From contig ADNK01001276.1 of NCBI GenBank assembly GCA_000320545.1, positions 62,001-126,000 on the forward strand: 64,000 nt of DNA. Direction: 5' to 3'. Under the pieces are notes generated by a model. It worked only from the letters and a program-made list of their open reading frames with translations. It did not search any database and was not told the origin of the DNA. Numbering within the stretch: position 1 is the first letter of the stretch; every line of letters starts with the position of its first letter. Source of the DNA: Bigelowiella natans CCMP2755 (lineage: Eukaryota; Protista; Cercozoa). Below are positions 13,111 through 25,617 of the stretch, piece after piece. The translations under genes and the position numbers were made by a program.

Positions 13111-14729
13111 TAGGAGATGATTATTGCTTGCAAATGAATGCCTTGGTGCAGTGAATGAGCCAACGTGATATGTGAATCTGCAGCGGCGACCACAGCACCA
13201 CCATTATCCCTGTACACACGCCGGAAAGCAAACACAGGAAGCTGAGAAAAAGTATTAATACAGTCTTCTCTGGGCAGAGGAATGAGCTTATTAATTGAGC
13301 ATTTTTACACACTTCCAACGCCATTTACCTATCGTAGCCGTTGCCACAGACTGAATAGAGAATAGAGCGAGAAAATAATCAAGACAGCAAGAAGGTGCGA
13401 GATAGCGTCAGAACATGATGAAGAGGGTATTAGAATTTGCTCGGGTTCGAGTTGCAACCTGCAATAGCATAACAACCACGCTGCTACTGTGTGCCCATAC
13501 TGTCGCTACATAAAGTACTACGATCGTATGAGACGAAGAAGCTGATCGGCAATACCTGGACTGGAAAAGTCTCGCAAATCGCCGAGTACGACAGCGCCAA
13601 CAGAAGCCATATCGGAGCATTACTGACCACCGTAGACCTGTTGCATGTGATTACGATGATAGGACTGTGAGCAGCCGGAGGAACTTAGGAAAAGGAGTAG
13701 GAGACAATAATGTAATGATGATGTTGGGGAGGAGGATAAGGAGGGAGAGGAGGAGGAGAAGGAAGGACGTATGTGGCATGATTGCGGACGTTCCTAATGG
13801 CAAGATAGATGGTAGGTAGATTTCAGCTACCATCTATCAATAGCTCCTTCCACAGACGCATTTTCTGAAGTATGATCTGCATCCTCCCTCGCCTCCTCGT
13901 TGTCGTCATCGTCGTCTTCGCTACTTACTTCAGGGTTACTGTCGTCGTGATCAGCCGTTTTCTCGACGCGGGGCTCCTCATTGAAGAGAGCAAGGTTCAG
14001 GCTCGAAGAATGCAACATCCGAAATACTATGTTTGAGTGTATGATGCCTGCCAAAAAGACAAAGCGATGAAAAACAACGAGTACTATCATTCAATCTTAT
14101 CATGCTTCGCCGCCCATGTCCCGCGATTCCTTTTCCACAACACCCCTGCGAAATTTGTTTGGAAATGCGCTATTACGAATGAAGACACCATCCAGGACGG
14201 AGGAGCGATTGTGCTGAGATTTGAACCACCGCACCAACGCTCTTTTGCGAGAATGTAACGCCTGAATCCAAAATTCATATGGCAGCAAAATTCATAAATC
14301 TAAGATCGCGCACGTTCACAAAACTAGTGTGACTACTAGTACTTCATCGTGGGGTTTGGATAAACGACCTGTGCGTAGAGGAATGCCCAGAAAATGACTT
14401 CTAAGTAGTCTTCGAACATCACGTAATTCAGATACACAAGACCCCCAACTAGTAGCGTGATCATTGTGCCCAGGACGTTTGCTGAGGACAATTTTTAGTG
14501 AGGGAAGATAAAGATGGTGTTAGGGTTGAAGGTTTGCGTATCTACCGTGAACAAGATCAGTGAGGCAGGGGGGGGAGGAGGCGTCCCTCTTTCGCGATGA
14601 CACTTCGCCTTCCGAGTCCCTTTTTGAAGGTACACTTCTTCTTGGGGGCAGAGCTGCAGCCTCCTTCACCTCTTCGTCCTGTCCGTCTCCCCCCGTGGAC
14701 ATCGCCACCACCGCCGCCGCCGTCGTCAT
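8216..14729 (-). CDS. TMEM245-like / AI-2E (PerM) family multi-pass membrane protein, about 20 exons; 5' exons uncertain
   Basis: Hydrophobic exons, e.g. VAGFVGGLFSGFWAMISHLSASFTKILL, LEAVIWMPVETACLNATLTLISFKLLG, FSFPYLACLIALTLSVV and INGLLTDLSMGLG. Terminal exon AVAFGVKGIVLGPLLTGLFQLLLTELTTY* (TAA 8218-8216) matches the G..G...GP C-terminal signature of AI-2E/TMEM245 proteins. Confidence 0.72.
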
Positions 14730-15041
14730 TCTCCTGTTCTTTTGTCCTCTCTCTCCGATCGACTTACGAGTACCGGTGCTCTGATAACATAAAATAGCTT
14801 GTCGCAGCTTAGAAATAGGGGGGATTTTGTCTGATTATGCGTTCGTTTCCGCTGCCCTCTCGGCGTTAGAGCGACATCACTGTACGCTCTCCCTGCTCGG
14901 GCTGATTGATTGACAATGACCGGTCTCTACTTCTTAGGCGACCAATGCTTCCTTTCTTCTCTCTTCCACACCTGTTTGACGTATGGGTAGCAAGTATTTG
15001 ATCCCGTGCTGTGTCTGGCATTAGAAAAACGCGGGAGCACC

Positions 15042-16460
15042 ATGCTCAAGCAAGTGAATTTGCCCGAGGGAGCACAGGTCATGAATCGATGAGAGCGTCC
15101 GCACTAGGATTCACTTCAGGATTGAGCAAGAATCTCTTTAAGAACGCAAGCTTTTTCAATTATTTATTGCTTTAGGTGCAGTTTCTCACCGCAATTTTTG
15201 AAGAGTTTGGGCTCGCCATTTTACAACAGATGGAACCTGAGGTGTGGTCATTGCGCTCACAGACACCGAACAAGCATACATGCCCACTTGATATTACCTC
15301 TTCCGTGCGGGAGGTTTGATATGAAGAAGGCGAAGATGAACACCAAAATATAGGGGAAGATGAGTGGCGTATTGGTTCGCACGCGCAAGCTAGTTGGACA
15401 AATGTGCCAGTATCATAGATGTTTGCGTATATATTGCGGTTCTGCCTCACCCTTTTCATTCTTTAGAAGCTAAAGCAGTTTCTTTCAAAGGCGGGAATGA
15501 AACCTGGTGCTATAAGTCTCCTAACGTCGTCTCATAATATCCTGTATTGATCTCTTTAATCTCTTTTCACGTCGTATTCCGAATTTAACCGACTCTCGAT
15601 CCTGGCCGTTCAGCTTTTTATAGTTATGTATGGCCAGCAGCTCAGAGTGCCATGACCGACCTATTTCTATAACTATAACGTAGAAACCACTCATCTTCGC
15701 TCAGCCATGTGATTGTATTGTAGGACATGCCGCAAGGATTCGAAGAGAACTGGAGAAAGATGCGAGAAAAAAAGGAGATGGAGAAAAGGGAGAGGAAGAT
15801 GAGAAGGAGAAAAAAGAAAAGGGAAGCGAATTTCCATGGATAAAACCCCCAAAGGACGTGGAGTACGAGGATGAAGACGGCGACGTCATCAAATTTTGCA
15901 TTGAGGAGGGCAGACTAATCAAGTATGTTAATGGGTTGAGAAAAGTTGGGGAGAATGACACGGGTGGAGTGGTAACTAAATTGTACTATTCTCCGCCAAG
16001 GCTAATAGAAGATCAGTGCTATTGGGGAGGCAATGCGCCAGTGTCCGTCTTCAACGATCTCGCAGCTCTTGCTGACTTTGCCAGGGTTCGGCACTACCTA
16101 CCGCCGTCATATGTGGAGTTTTATGATAGTGACGATGACCTCATTAAATACGCGGTGGAAAACAACAATATTGTCAAATACGTGAATGGCCAGAAAAGGG
16201 TAGGAGATGGTAAGGACACAACCGGTATCGTTACGAAGTTCTACGTTTATAATAGTAAATATGATGGCTATAAGCGGGTTGAAGACCAGCAACACTGGGG
16301 CGGGGATATGAGTTGCAATGATCTACGCGATCTTTACTCAATGACGCAGCTTTATCAGATACCTGTACATGGTTACAGTATAGATAATCCTGACGAAAAT
16401 TCGCTGTACTAAGGTAGTGAAGTAGACAGTGAAGAGTCCAGTGAAGAGGATGACAATTAA
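15042..16460 (+). CDS. SAM-like domain protein with two tandem copies of an unrecognised ~80-aa domain
   Basis: Three short exons plus the start of the large exon give MLKQVNLPEGAQVQFLTAIFEEFGLAILQQMEPEKLKQFLSKAGMKPGHAARIRRELEK (SAM-like GMKPGH..RI). These join the ORF 15858-16412, which carries the duplicated repeat. The end is 16412, or 16460 if a short final intron is spliced. Confidence 0.7.
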
Positions 16461-16499
16461 TGCGGCAGAATGATACCCTGATATAATGATTTATACATC

Positions 16500-16709
16500 A
16501 AGATGACCTTGTTGTATAAAACGTACAGCATGTTGCCAGTTAGCTGGCGGTATTGATCGTATGTGCAAACTAGAAATATCAGCATATGTTTCGTAAATTT
16601 TGCACAATGACTATAATGAAAGCATTATGTTATGAGTCAGCGATAGCACGCAGAATATTTTTTGAATTTAGCGTATCCTATATCCTTTAATTTAGCCTTA
16701 CACAGCAGT

Positions 16710-16783
<74 letters not shown>

Positions 16784-17550
16784 AACTGACCGCCATCATG
16801 GACCGCGACGACGAAACAAAACGCCTCTCAAATGAAGAAAAAAGAACTCGCACTGCTGCGCGCAAAGCACGACATGACCGTCCAATTTGCAACACTTTTT
16901 CGTAATGCAACATGTGACAATGGAAGCAAATAGATACAACTTAAGCGCTGTAGCCGCTGCTTTGCATAGCTACATTGGGATGACAATTGAAAAGGTTTGA
17001 ACATTTTATTACATCCGTCTCATTCATGTATCGCATGCTTGTGCATCGTAGCATGTTGATTGTTCAGCACGTCTGGTTGGTGCACACATGCCATGGCACA
17101 GGTGCTGCATACGATACGCACCGCCTACGATACTTCATTTTTCCAATTGCTGCTAGCTTCAGCATCTCAATTGCTACTCATATAATATAGACAACGCAAT
17201 GTCTACCATTATATCCAGTCGACTTACACAGAAATTAGATTTAGGCCAATGAACAGGTGCATGCTTCGCGCGCGTGTCGGCGGAGCTTCAACTTAACTGT
17301 CTTCTTGCAGTCGCAATGTAGCATCGTTATAAACAAAACATGCTGCAACCCTAACGTAGAACATGTGATAAATTCGGTACATAGACTTCTTAGTGCCGTG
17401 CTACACAGCATTCAATGCATCAATGCACGTGCATTGCACCGCATGGCTTCACGACTTAATGTTTCAAAAGTCTAAGCTCATAATAATCTCGAGCACTGCT
17501 AAAAAGAAATTACGTGAAAGAGCATCGTTTGAATTGATGGCACGTAAACT
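16500..17550. other. Convergent-spacer compositional element
   Basis: Between the SAM (+) and secreted-protein (-) 3' ends. Contains the perfect 16-bp palindrome caatgcacgtgcattg 17421-17436 and dense tgca/gcat/tagc. Confidence 0.6.
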
Positions 17551-17554
17551 ACAG

Positions 17555-18520
17555 TCACGTAGCAGTTGAAAGACTTATAGGTGCTTCTATTTGGCTAATC
17601 ATGTCTGCAACACTTGCAGCCTGAAAAAGTAAGTGTACACACACAAATTGTATGCACATGTGTCGATGTGTCTGTTTGAAAAAGAAAGAGAGTGATTTTG
17701 TTGTAGTATGTAATGTGCATTAGCATTCGCATAACCTAAGCACGAGTGTACAATTATAATATTATAATTAGTTATGCATCCCCTGCCTAAATGGTGGCTT
17801 ACATTTCTGACTGCGGCGCTTTTCTCCTTGTCGAATGCTGCCTTCAATTTCTATATTTTCATAAATGTCGCACATTAACTTTATTCTATATTAGCTCGAC
17901 AATTTATAACACCTGTATATGTGCCTTGTGTTGCTTTATATAATCTGGGGATTTTTATCGAAAAATTAACATTTGATTGAGGAGAAAGAATAAAGATGCA
18001 CACGTCAGTGAAACTGATTTACTTTGATTTACAGCAGCCATGGTGTTTGCCTCCGAGATTTCGCCTTCAATTTTTGCCTGCGTGGCCGCTGAAAATATTA
18101 TTTATTCAATGATTTCATCGTTTTGGAAATGATTTGACATGGAGCTACCAATTTGGTTGGAAAGCGCAATGAGGTCTCTGGCACCTAATAATGCACACGC
18201 TGTTTGTCATCATATTTACTCTTGCGGAATAAAACGATGCACAGACCTGGTCTAGTCGCCACTTTTCCTTCCAATCCAGTGTGTCTCACAGCAGAAGGGA
18301 GATCCGTGCTTAACCCTGGAGCTAAGACTGGGAGGACCTTGCCCCTCTGTTCCAGCCACAAGAACGTAACACACACGATGAGCAATCCAATCCAAAAAAT
18401 TACTTCAGAACCCTGTATTACCTTCGCGTTCTCTTGTATCTCTGCCCCATGTATTGTGGAAGCAAGTAGCCATGCAGCAAGTAAGCACAGACGGCAACTG
18501 AAGCCTGCTTTAGCCACCAT
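17555..18520 (-). CDS. Small secreted protein of unknown function (signal peptide, helical/coiled-coil C-terminus)
   Basis: ATG 18520, signal-like MVAKAGFSCRLCLLAAWLLASTIHGAE. Phase-consistent GT-AG exons: RGKVLPVLAPG..., GARDLIALSNQI, AATQAKIEGEISEANTMAA, KLKAAFDKEKSAAVRN, AASVADMISQIEAP... The last exon and stop are uncertain. Confidence 0.6.
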
Positions 18521-19236
18521 TCTGGCTCCTAAGTGTCGTTGAGGCTGGCTGTGCTTCGAAACGAGAGTCGGAAGGCCGCAACGCCTTCGCTTTCCGGTTG
18601 TTTTTTTGAATTTTTAAACTTTTGCGGCTTAACGCTTACCGATAAATAAAGTTTTTACTTAAGTCATGAAACGTAAAAAGCGGGTCTCAGTATTTTTCCA
18701 CTGCTTCGAATAATGTCGCACAATATGTAAGCTTTACTTTGTCCTGCTTTCCAACTGGAGTTGGTCACCTTAGCTGGATTTACGCAGCCTTTTTGACAGA
18801 ATTCGATGTTTCTGTTGATAAATTGAATGGCATCTAACGAAGACACGAAGTGACTGTGCTGAACCTGAAAATTAGGGCACATCTAGGACTCCTGATTTTC
18901 CCTTATTTTGGACAATTTGGCACATGGTTCACCAGAATAAAAGCGTTAGAAAAAGCTCTACTATGGAAAGCCATCCATAATTGAAGTCATACGTCTTCTA
19001 GTTTCCGTAAATATCGTGAGAAATACGGATATTGAGACCGGCAGTCGTGCATTAGATCGTCTGAATATTTATTTGGCACCATCTCATCATTTTAGATTGC
19101 AAGGGCCTCAGGATTTCGGTCTTTAGGCTCCATGACGATCCGGTCAAGGGGATAATTTCGAGTCGCACAATAAAAATTTCATGCCTTTTCTATTTTATTT
19201 TGGATTTGATTCTGCACTTCAGTCTTGGAAGTCGCG

Positions 19237-22200
19237 ATGGAGGTCGGCGGCGGCAAGGGCTCTGAGGAAGGAAAGGTCTCGTCGGTTCGTTAGGATAGCA
19301 TAGGTTTTCCGAGTCTATGGACCCAGCCTGACAGCCGTAAACATAGATCTTATCCCTCTCACGCTTAACTAACGCCCTTTCTCTTTCTGGCAGTCGAAAT
19401 TCCTCCTAATAAACGAGTCGGACGGTAGTGACAATGAAATAGAGAAGGTCGCCACTCTATCTTTCGAACGGGATTTTAAGTAGTTTACATACTTTATAAT
19501 ACCCAAGGCTCCCCTCCTAAAAGGGAAAAGCGGCAAGAGTGGAAAGGAAGTCCGCGAAATAAACGATGCTGTCCTCGTTCCATCACCAGTAAGATTTTGA
19601 ATCTCATGGATATTTTTCAAATTTTTGCATTGTTGACATTTCGATGTCATTTGTGTGAATATAGACGCAACTTTGGAGTATCCGAGCACTATGGTTTTTC
19701 TTAGGGGCAACGAACCCCTTCCCAGGGTAGTGATTCAATCTTCTCTCACTAAGCCTCTCTCATCGTTTAGGCAGCAAATCTCTTCCATTAAGATATTTTT
19801 AGAATCACTTATATTTTGTACAAACAGGGTGGCATTAAGATTCTACATGGTGAATGATTTGGGAGCCTCTCCTCACCTTCAAGCGTAATGATAAAGTTCA
19901 TTATTTTACTAAATTCTAGAGAGTGAAATGAAATGCAATGTCTGGCAGGCTTATTGGCGTACTGAGTGGGTTCGCTTGGAACCTTAAAATGCCCGTAGCC
20001 TTCGCATCTGACGTTATCCCTGTTGGTAAGAGATACTTATATATAACTGCGAACACAAAACTACAATCGGGAATCTGGAGTTAATATGACTCCCTATTAA
20101 CCGGCAGGTGGGTATCGCCGGAAGCCTTACCTGTATTTCGGCTTGGCTATATACATGTTCAGCTTTATGGGGCTTGCCGTGTTTCCTCCTGGGTAACAAT
20201 TCATATTATGTTCAACGGTTAGGGGTTGTATTGATTTTTCTCGTAACTTCGCTGCAAGATTTTAAGACATTCGATGATATCTCGCACATATATATTTTTT
20301 AAAGCTATGGGACGGCTACTGTCTTCATGAGTCTTTCTACACTGGGACAGGTCCTACTGATTACCACCATTCTATTGGTAATATTAACATTCAAATTGTA
20401 CATTCTTGTTTCGATTCAGATGATGGCTGGGGTCATGTGTGATACCCTCATTGTTGAGAACATGCGCCACGAATCTGCAGCTACGCGTGGGAAACTCCAA
20501 ACAGAGGTTTGCTGTTTTCGAGCGTGCAAGCGTGAATGATCGTCGTATTAATTCTTTTTGCGTTGTTGGGGTCTACATACGTAAATTTGTTCCAACATTC
20601 ACAGTGCTGGATATTGATGACGCTTGCGGGAATTGGAGGCACTTTAGCAGGAGGCTTTGTATTTGCGGCACCGTCAATGACAAACAGCCGCGTGTTCATG
20701 ATTAACGCTCTCATCAAGCTGCTGGTTGTTCCCTTTGCATTCATGTTGGTGGAGAACCCAATTCCCCCTCCTATAGCTGGAACCCCTGCTGAAAGCGCAC
20801 TCTCAACTGCGAGTCGGAGAGGTACTGAGATGTGGGAGGCTCTCAAGCAGGCAAGCGTGTGGCAGCCGACGCTTTTCATCTTCCTCTTCAGGTTCTTCGT
20901 TTGTAGACATGCTAGCCACCATGTTCTCTATCCATGCCTTTGCTTCTCTACTTCTACCCGTCACTCACTGACTTTTACCTGTACTGTTGTTTTCCGTCCG
21001 ATAGCATTTTCCCCAACCCCGGAACGGCAATGACAAACTTCTTTATCGAAGACCTTGGCTTTGGCGAAGAGGAGCTCTCGTACATTGCCGTTGTTGCGAG
21101 CGTCTCTGGAGCACGTATGACTATAGCTCCGTCTTGATTGATCCAATGATGTGATATGACGTTTTTGGTCTTTTGACGCAAATTAGTCGGAATGGGAATA
21201 TACTACCGATACTTCAAGGAATACAACTGGCATTGGTTCTTCGCAACCGTTATTATCCTCTCAGCTGGCCTGTCACTGACGCAGGTTTTTGTATTTACAT
21301 TTCCTTGCGAATACTGTATTCACCTACTGCTTTCTCTTCTCTTCCCCCCTCCCAGTTGTTGTTAGTCTTGCATGTTAACCGGAGATGGGGGGTTCCGGAT
21401 CTAGCCTTCGCTCTTGGGTAAGGAGAGCTTTCGAATCGATGTACCTTTATGAATCATGAACCAATTAGATCAACGTCCATCATCATCATTGCCATCGTTA
21501 TTTCAGGGATGATGCTATCGTTGACGTAACGTGTTCGTTATTGGCCATGCCGATTTTGATCCTCATTGCTTCCATATGTCCAGCGGGTAGTAACTTTAAC
21601 AACAATGTTCGTGACGATGTGAAATGACCAACAGCTAGTATGCCGTTTATGGTGTGCTGCAACTCATGCCGTATGTGGAATTCAGTCACTTTTTCTGTCG
21701 GACAAATGTGTTTCGTCTTTGGAAAAAATAGTATTTTTCTGCTGGTTCTGTGTTCCATCAAAGTAACTCTATTTCTTGTTGACAATTTTGCATGCGATGA
21801 AAATCAAGGAGTATGAAGGTAGTCAAAATCCGCACTGATTCAAATTTGGGATCTACGATATCTATTAGGTGTTGAGAGCTCGTTGTACGCTTTTGTGACT
21901 AGCGTGCAAGTAGCAGGGGGTACCGTTGGAGGAACGATCTCTGCCGGCCTGATTGAAGGCTTTGGAATCACGCTTCACAACTACGATAGACTTTGGCAGC
22001 TTGTCCTAGTAAGAAACCTAATCATCATCATTGTCTTCATCATAATCATCACTGGGGATTCAGAGAGAAATTCGCATTTCTCCTCCCTCATTTTTCGTGT
22101 ATGCATAATTACAGCTTTGTGCCCTGGCTAAGCTTTTGGTGCTTCCTTTCATCCCCATGCTCCCAACGAACCGTAAGTCTCGATCATTGTCATTTTTTAC

Positions 22201-22356
22201 TTTACGGCATGACATCTTATTTCGTGTTACGTAGTCAATAACATCGAAGTCGGCGAGAAATCCTGGAAGGGTGCTGCATTGATTAGCGTGCTTCTCGTTG
22301 GAGGAATATGCTGGGCCTTGGGCCAAGCTAGCTACAAATTAGCTAGAGAATCGTAG
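19237..22356 (+). CDS. BT1-family folate/biopterin transporter (MFS)
   Basis: Exons give VALRFYMVNDLGASPHLQA, FAWNLKMPVAFASDVIP, MAGVMCDTLIVENMRHESAATRGKLQTE, CWILMTLAGIGGTLAGG, VWQPTLFIFLF, MPILILIASICPAG and LYAFVTSVQVAGGTVGGTISAGLIEGFGITLHNYDRLWQLVL, all typical of BT1/FBT transporters. Stop TAG 22354-22356. Confidence 0.88.
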
Positions 22357-22883
22357 CGATAAGCGATGCCAGCTATGCACAAAACGCAAAAAACGGCAGC
22401 AGAAGTCTCCAAGTGTAAACACGATCGCTGTGATCACTGGATCAATCTAATTTCTAGAATATTTATTACACTTCACAAAGAACAGTTACTCCGCCACGAT
22501 ACGCTGGCATGATGATCGTGCGAGGCCAGCGTAGCGACGGGTGGCATGTTACATTTAACGCGGCGGGGCTCAAGCTCTTAATAAGTAATGACGACCAGTC
22601 AACATAACATCGACAATGCTAGAATGCGCGAACACAGCGTGCAAGCAGCATCACGTGTATCTAGCATGCGAGTGCAATGCATGTCATGATTTGCAAGCGT
22701 TGGTGGGTGATGATGTGTGGCGCGTGGCACTGCAAGCAAGATGTCCAAATGTGTGTGCAAGCGCACCCCACTACTAGGCATGATATATTATATCATTTTG
22801 TGCGGCTGTGAACGACATAGATGATGGACATGCAATATGTTATAACATATAGATCGTGCACACTTATGCTTCAGCAAATCATA
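22357..22883. other. Convergent-spacer compositional element
   Basis: Between BT1 (+) and the thioesterase (-). Contains atctagcatgc, tgcaatgcatg, gctaga and repeated tgca. Confidence 0.55.
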
Positions 22884-24245
22884 TCACAACTTTGAGGTGA
22901 TTGACTTGCTTCGTTTAGCCTTGAAACCGCCCCAGTGTACCAACTGAAACTTGGTTCGAGCAACTATCTGTGAAAACAAATGCTACAGTCAGGAGAAGGT
23001 AAAGGAGGAAGATGAATACCCTTTCACCTTTCCAGTGTCCTTCTCGATCAGATCCACTGTGATGAACACTCGGTTCTTCTTTTTATTATTTTTCTGCTGC
23101 AGGTTCTTCTCATCTTCTCCAACTCCGCGGTTACTACTCGAGTTTCGAGGAGGAGGGGCGGAGGAAGGGTATCCCATTGCACAGTAGAGTCTACAACGAT
23201 TTGATAAACAGATATGTTAGATCTCGGTAAGTAAAACCACACATCTATAGACATCATGCAGAAATAGAATCCTAACACAGCCCGGATTTCATCTAAAGGT
23301 TGTTAGATGTAAGATATTGTTTTTGCACGTAATGTGAGGCGACCTTGAAACCACTGCAGGGCGTTTGTAAGCTGTGGGAGTGGATGATGGGCATTGTATT
23401 AGGTGGTCGCCGATTTGGATGTAATTACGATACCATTCTATTGATACGATTATGGAATATATCCCCATATGCAAATTCACTAGTTTAGTTGTTGTCTAAA
23501 CTCAAAAGGCAAACCTATACTCCCAGTCGCAGTTGCTGTTTGCCGTCCCTCGTTGTAGTACCCCTACAGACAGTACTTATTCAACATCTCGGAAACACAT
23601 GCATCTGCAAGAGCCAGCATGAAGATAACATACGCTAGATAATCACAATGCCAATCACAAACAAGTAGTACCGCTGTATTGGCGAGAGAGTCGAGTATGG
23701 CGAAGACAGCGCCCCCGTGCACAGTTCCGTTTTGGTTTGAGGTATGCTCCTTTGTTCAAGAGTTGAAGATGATTTCTATTTTTCGCATGCTCAAGCAGAT
23801 CGTGTATGATGGGAAAAAGATAAAAAAAACCATGCACCTTGAACATGAATAGCCACTCAACACGGGATCCCCCCTGCTTCAATTTCCGAACCCTGATAGG
23901 AGAGGGGAGGAGAGGTATTAAGGCAGCTGTTCCTTGCCGCGACCCGTATTTTAAGCATATCATTTATGGGCTCTTCACCTGGAGTTTGTTATTTGGTAAG
24001 GAGCCTGAACACCCGCGATATAGTGACGTGGATATCGTGTCGACCAGTCCTGCCACCGCCCATGCTGCAAAAAGAAGAAAGTGCACAAAAACAAAGCTCA
24101 TTCACATCAAACCCTTGCAGGTAGAAGCCGATCATTTTCGAGCGAGCGAACAAGACGGTGAAAAATTTCCCACCGGAGGAACGGGGGCATCGAGCACATC
24201 GGCCGGAAGGAGGACGTCATCTTTCCTCCCGGCATCATCCACCAT
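22884..24245 (-). CDS. PaaI/ACOT13-like hotdog-fold acyl-CoA thioesterase with peroxisomal PTS1 (-SKL)
   Basis: Exon EHTSNQNGTVHGGAVFAILDSLANTA (PaaI N..G.VHGG....L.D motif), then TATATGSIAYKRPAV and RVFITVDLIEKDTGK. Last exon IVARTKFQLVHWGGFKAKRSKSITSKL* (TGA 22886-22884). The start may lie in an additional upstream exon. Confidence 0.82.
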
Positions 24246-24766
24246 CCCGCCGGGCCAAATGCTCGCTCGCTGTTTGTCGTCGTACTGCTGCAATCATGGG
24301 CGTTTTGGCACGTTATTTCCCCATTCTGGCTTTGTCGTAGAGGAAAATCCCACTGGGAGATTGATTGCGAATCATCTTCCTACGACAATGAACAGATCAT
24401 CCAACTAACTTCGGAAGAAGGAAGAATAATCTTGTCCAATCAATCCCCCCCCCCCCCCCCCTCCCTCCCTCTCCTTCCGGGAACCACAACACGATCAAGT
24501 ATTGGGGGGGAAATTCGAACAAGATACGGGGGATACGCCCAGATCTAACCTAAATCAGACGGCTGTAAGGTTGTCCATCGAGCTTCATGAACAGTAGTTC
24601 GTAGTTTTGGAAGCGCACTCGTCATCACCTTCCCTCCGTCCTGATGCGTTTTTCTTCCCTTATCATCCAACGCATAGAATGTCCTTTATTCTGGTCAGAG
24701 CGTGCGGAGGATCTAGGAAGGCATCATCTGTAAATTTGTTGTTTCTGTCCTCCGGGACGAGTCACG

Positions 24767-25127
24767 ATGATGAAGAAAAGGCGAGTCTTTATCGGCTTCG
24801 TACTGGCATGGCTCATATGGTTTCTCAATTCCGCGATCACAGGACGTACCGGCGCTATCATTGACATCTATGAGGTTGGATTAAATTTCCCAGTGAATAG
24901 GGAATTCTCGATGATGATAATAACCTCACGCTCATCGCTCTTCCTTAAATAATGAGCAGCGAGGGACGCTTGCATGGCAGTCGACGATCGAGCTTGTGCA
25001 AGCTGTGGGCAAATGTTTGTATTTCTGGGTCAATTTCACGGTAAAAAAAATCAGATTATTGTTTGGCAAGACGAGCTCTCTTCTTCTCTATGTGTCCACC
25101 AACAAGCAGTGCACACGGACGTCCGTG

Positions 25128-25172
<45 letters not shown>

Positions 25173-25399
25173 ATGCTGGCTACCTTCACCTCCCACTCTG
25201 ATAATAATCCCTTTGTCTCCCCAGGCGCCTTTCATCATCGACGTGGGGAATTTGGTGTCCCGATTGAACGCAACGCTAACATGGCGCATGAGGATCATGA
25301 TGACGGCCTTCCTCTCCATCGTCATAGGCTTGTATCTCATTGCGAGGCAAGTAGTTCTGCATCAGGAAGGAGTGAAAAGGTAGTAGTAGCAGCAGCAGC

Positions 25400-25433
<34 letters not shown>

Positions 25434-25584
25434 CAGCAAGCAATACCAAGATGTGTTATTAAACATATATTACTCATTGAGGGGAAGGAAGGATAGAAGG
25501 AATGCATAGATTTCGCCTCTTGGGGATATGTTTCCTCCTCTTTTTCGCTGATACTAGTGCTGCTGCCGCTCTTTTATCTGATGC

Positions 25585-25617
<33 letters not shown>

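Noticed and set aside
18664-19140. Short minus-strand ORFs in the spacer between the secreted-protein and BT1 genes
   Set aside because: No recognisable motif and no consistent splice chain. A decayed gene cannot be fully excluded, and one would affect the strand-alternation count.
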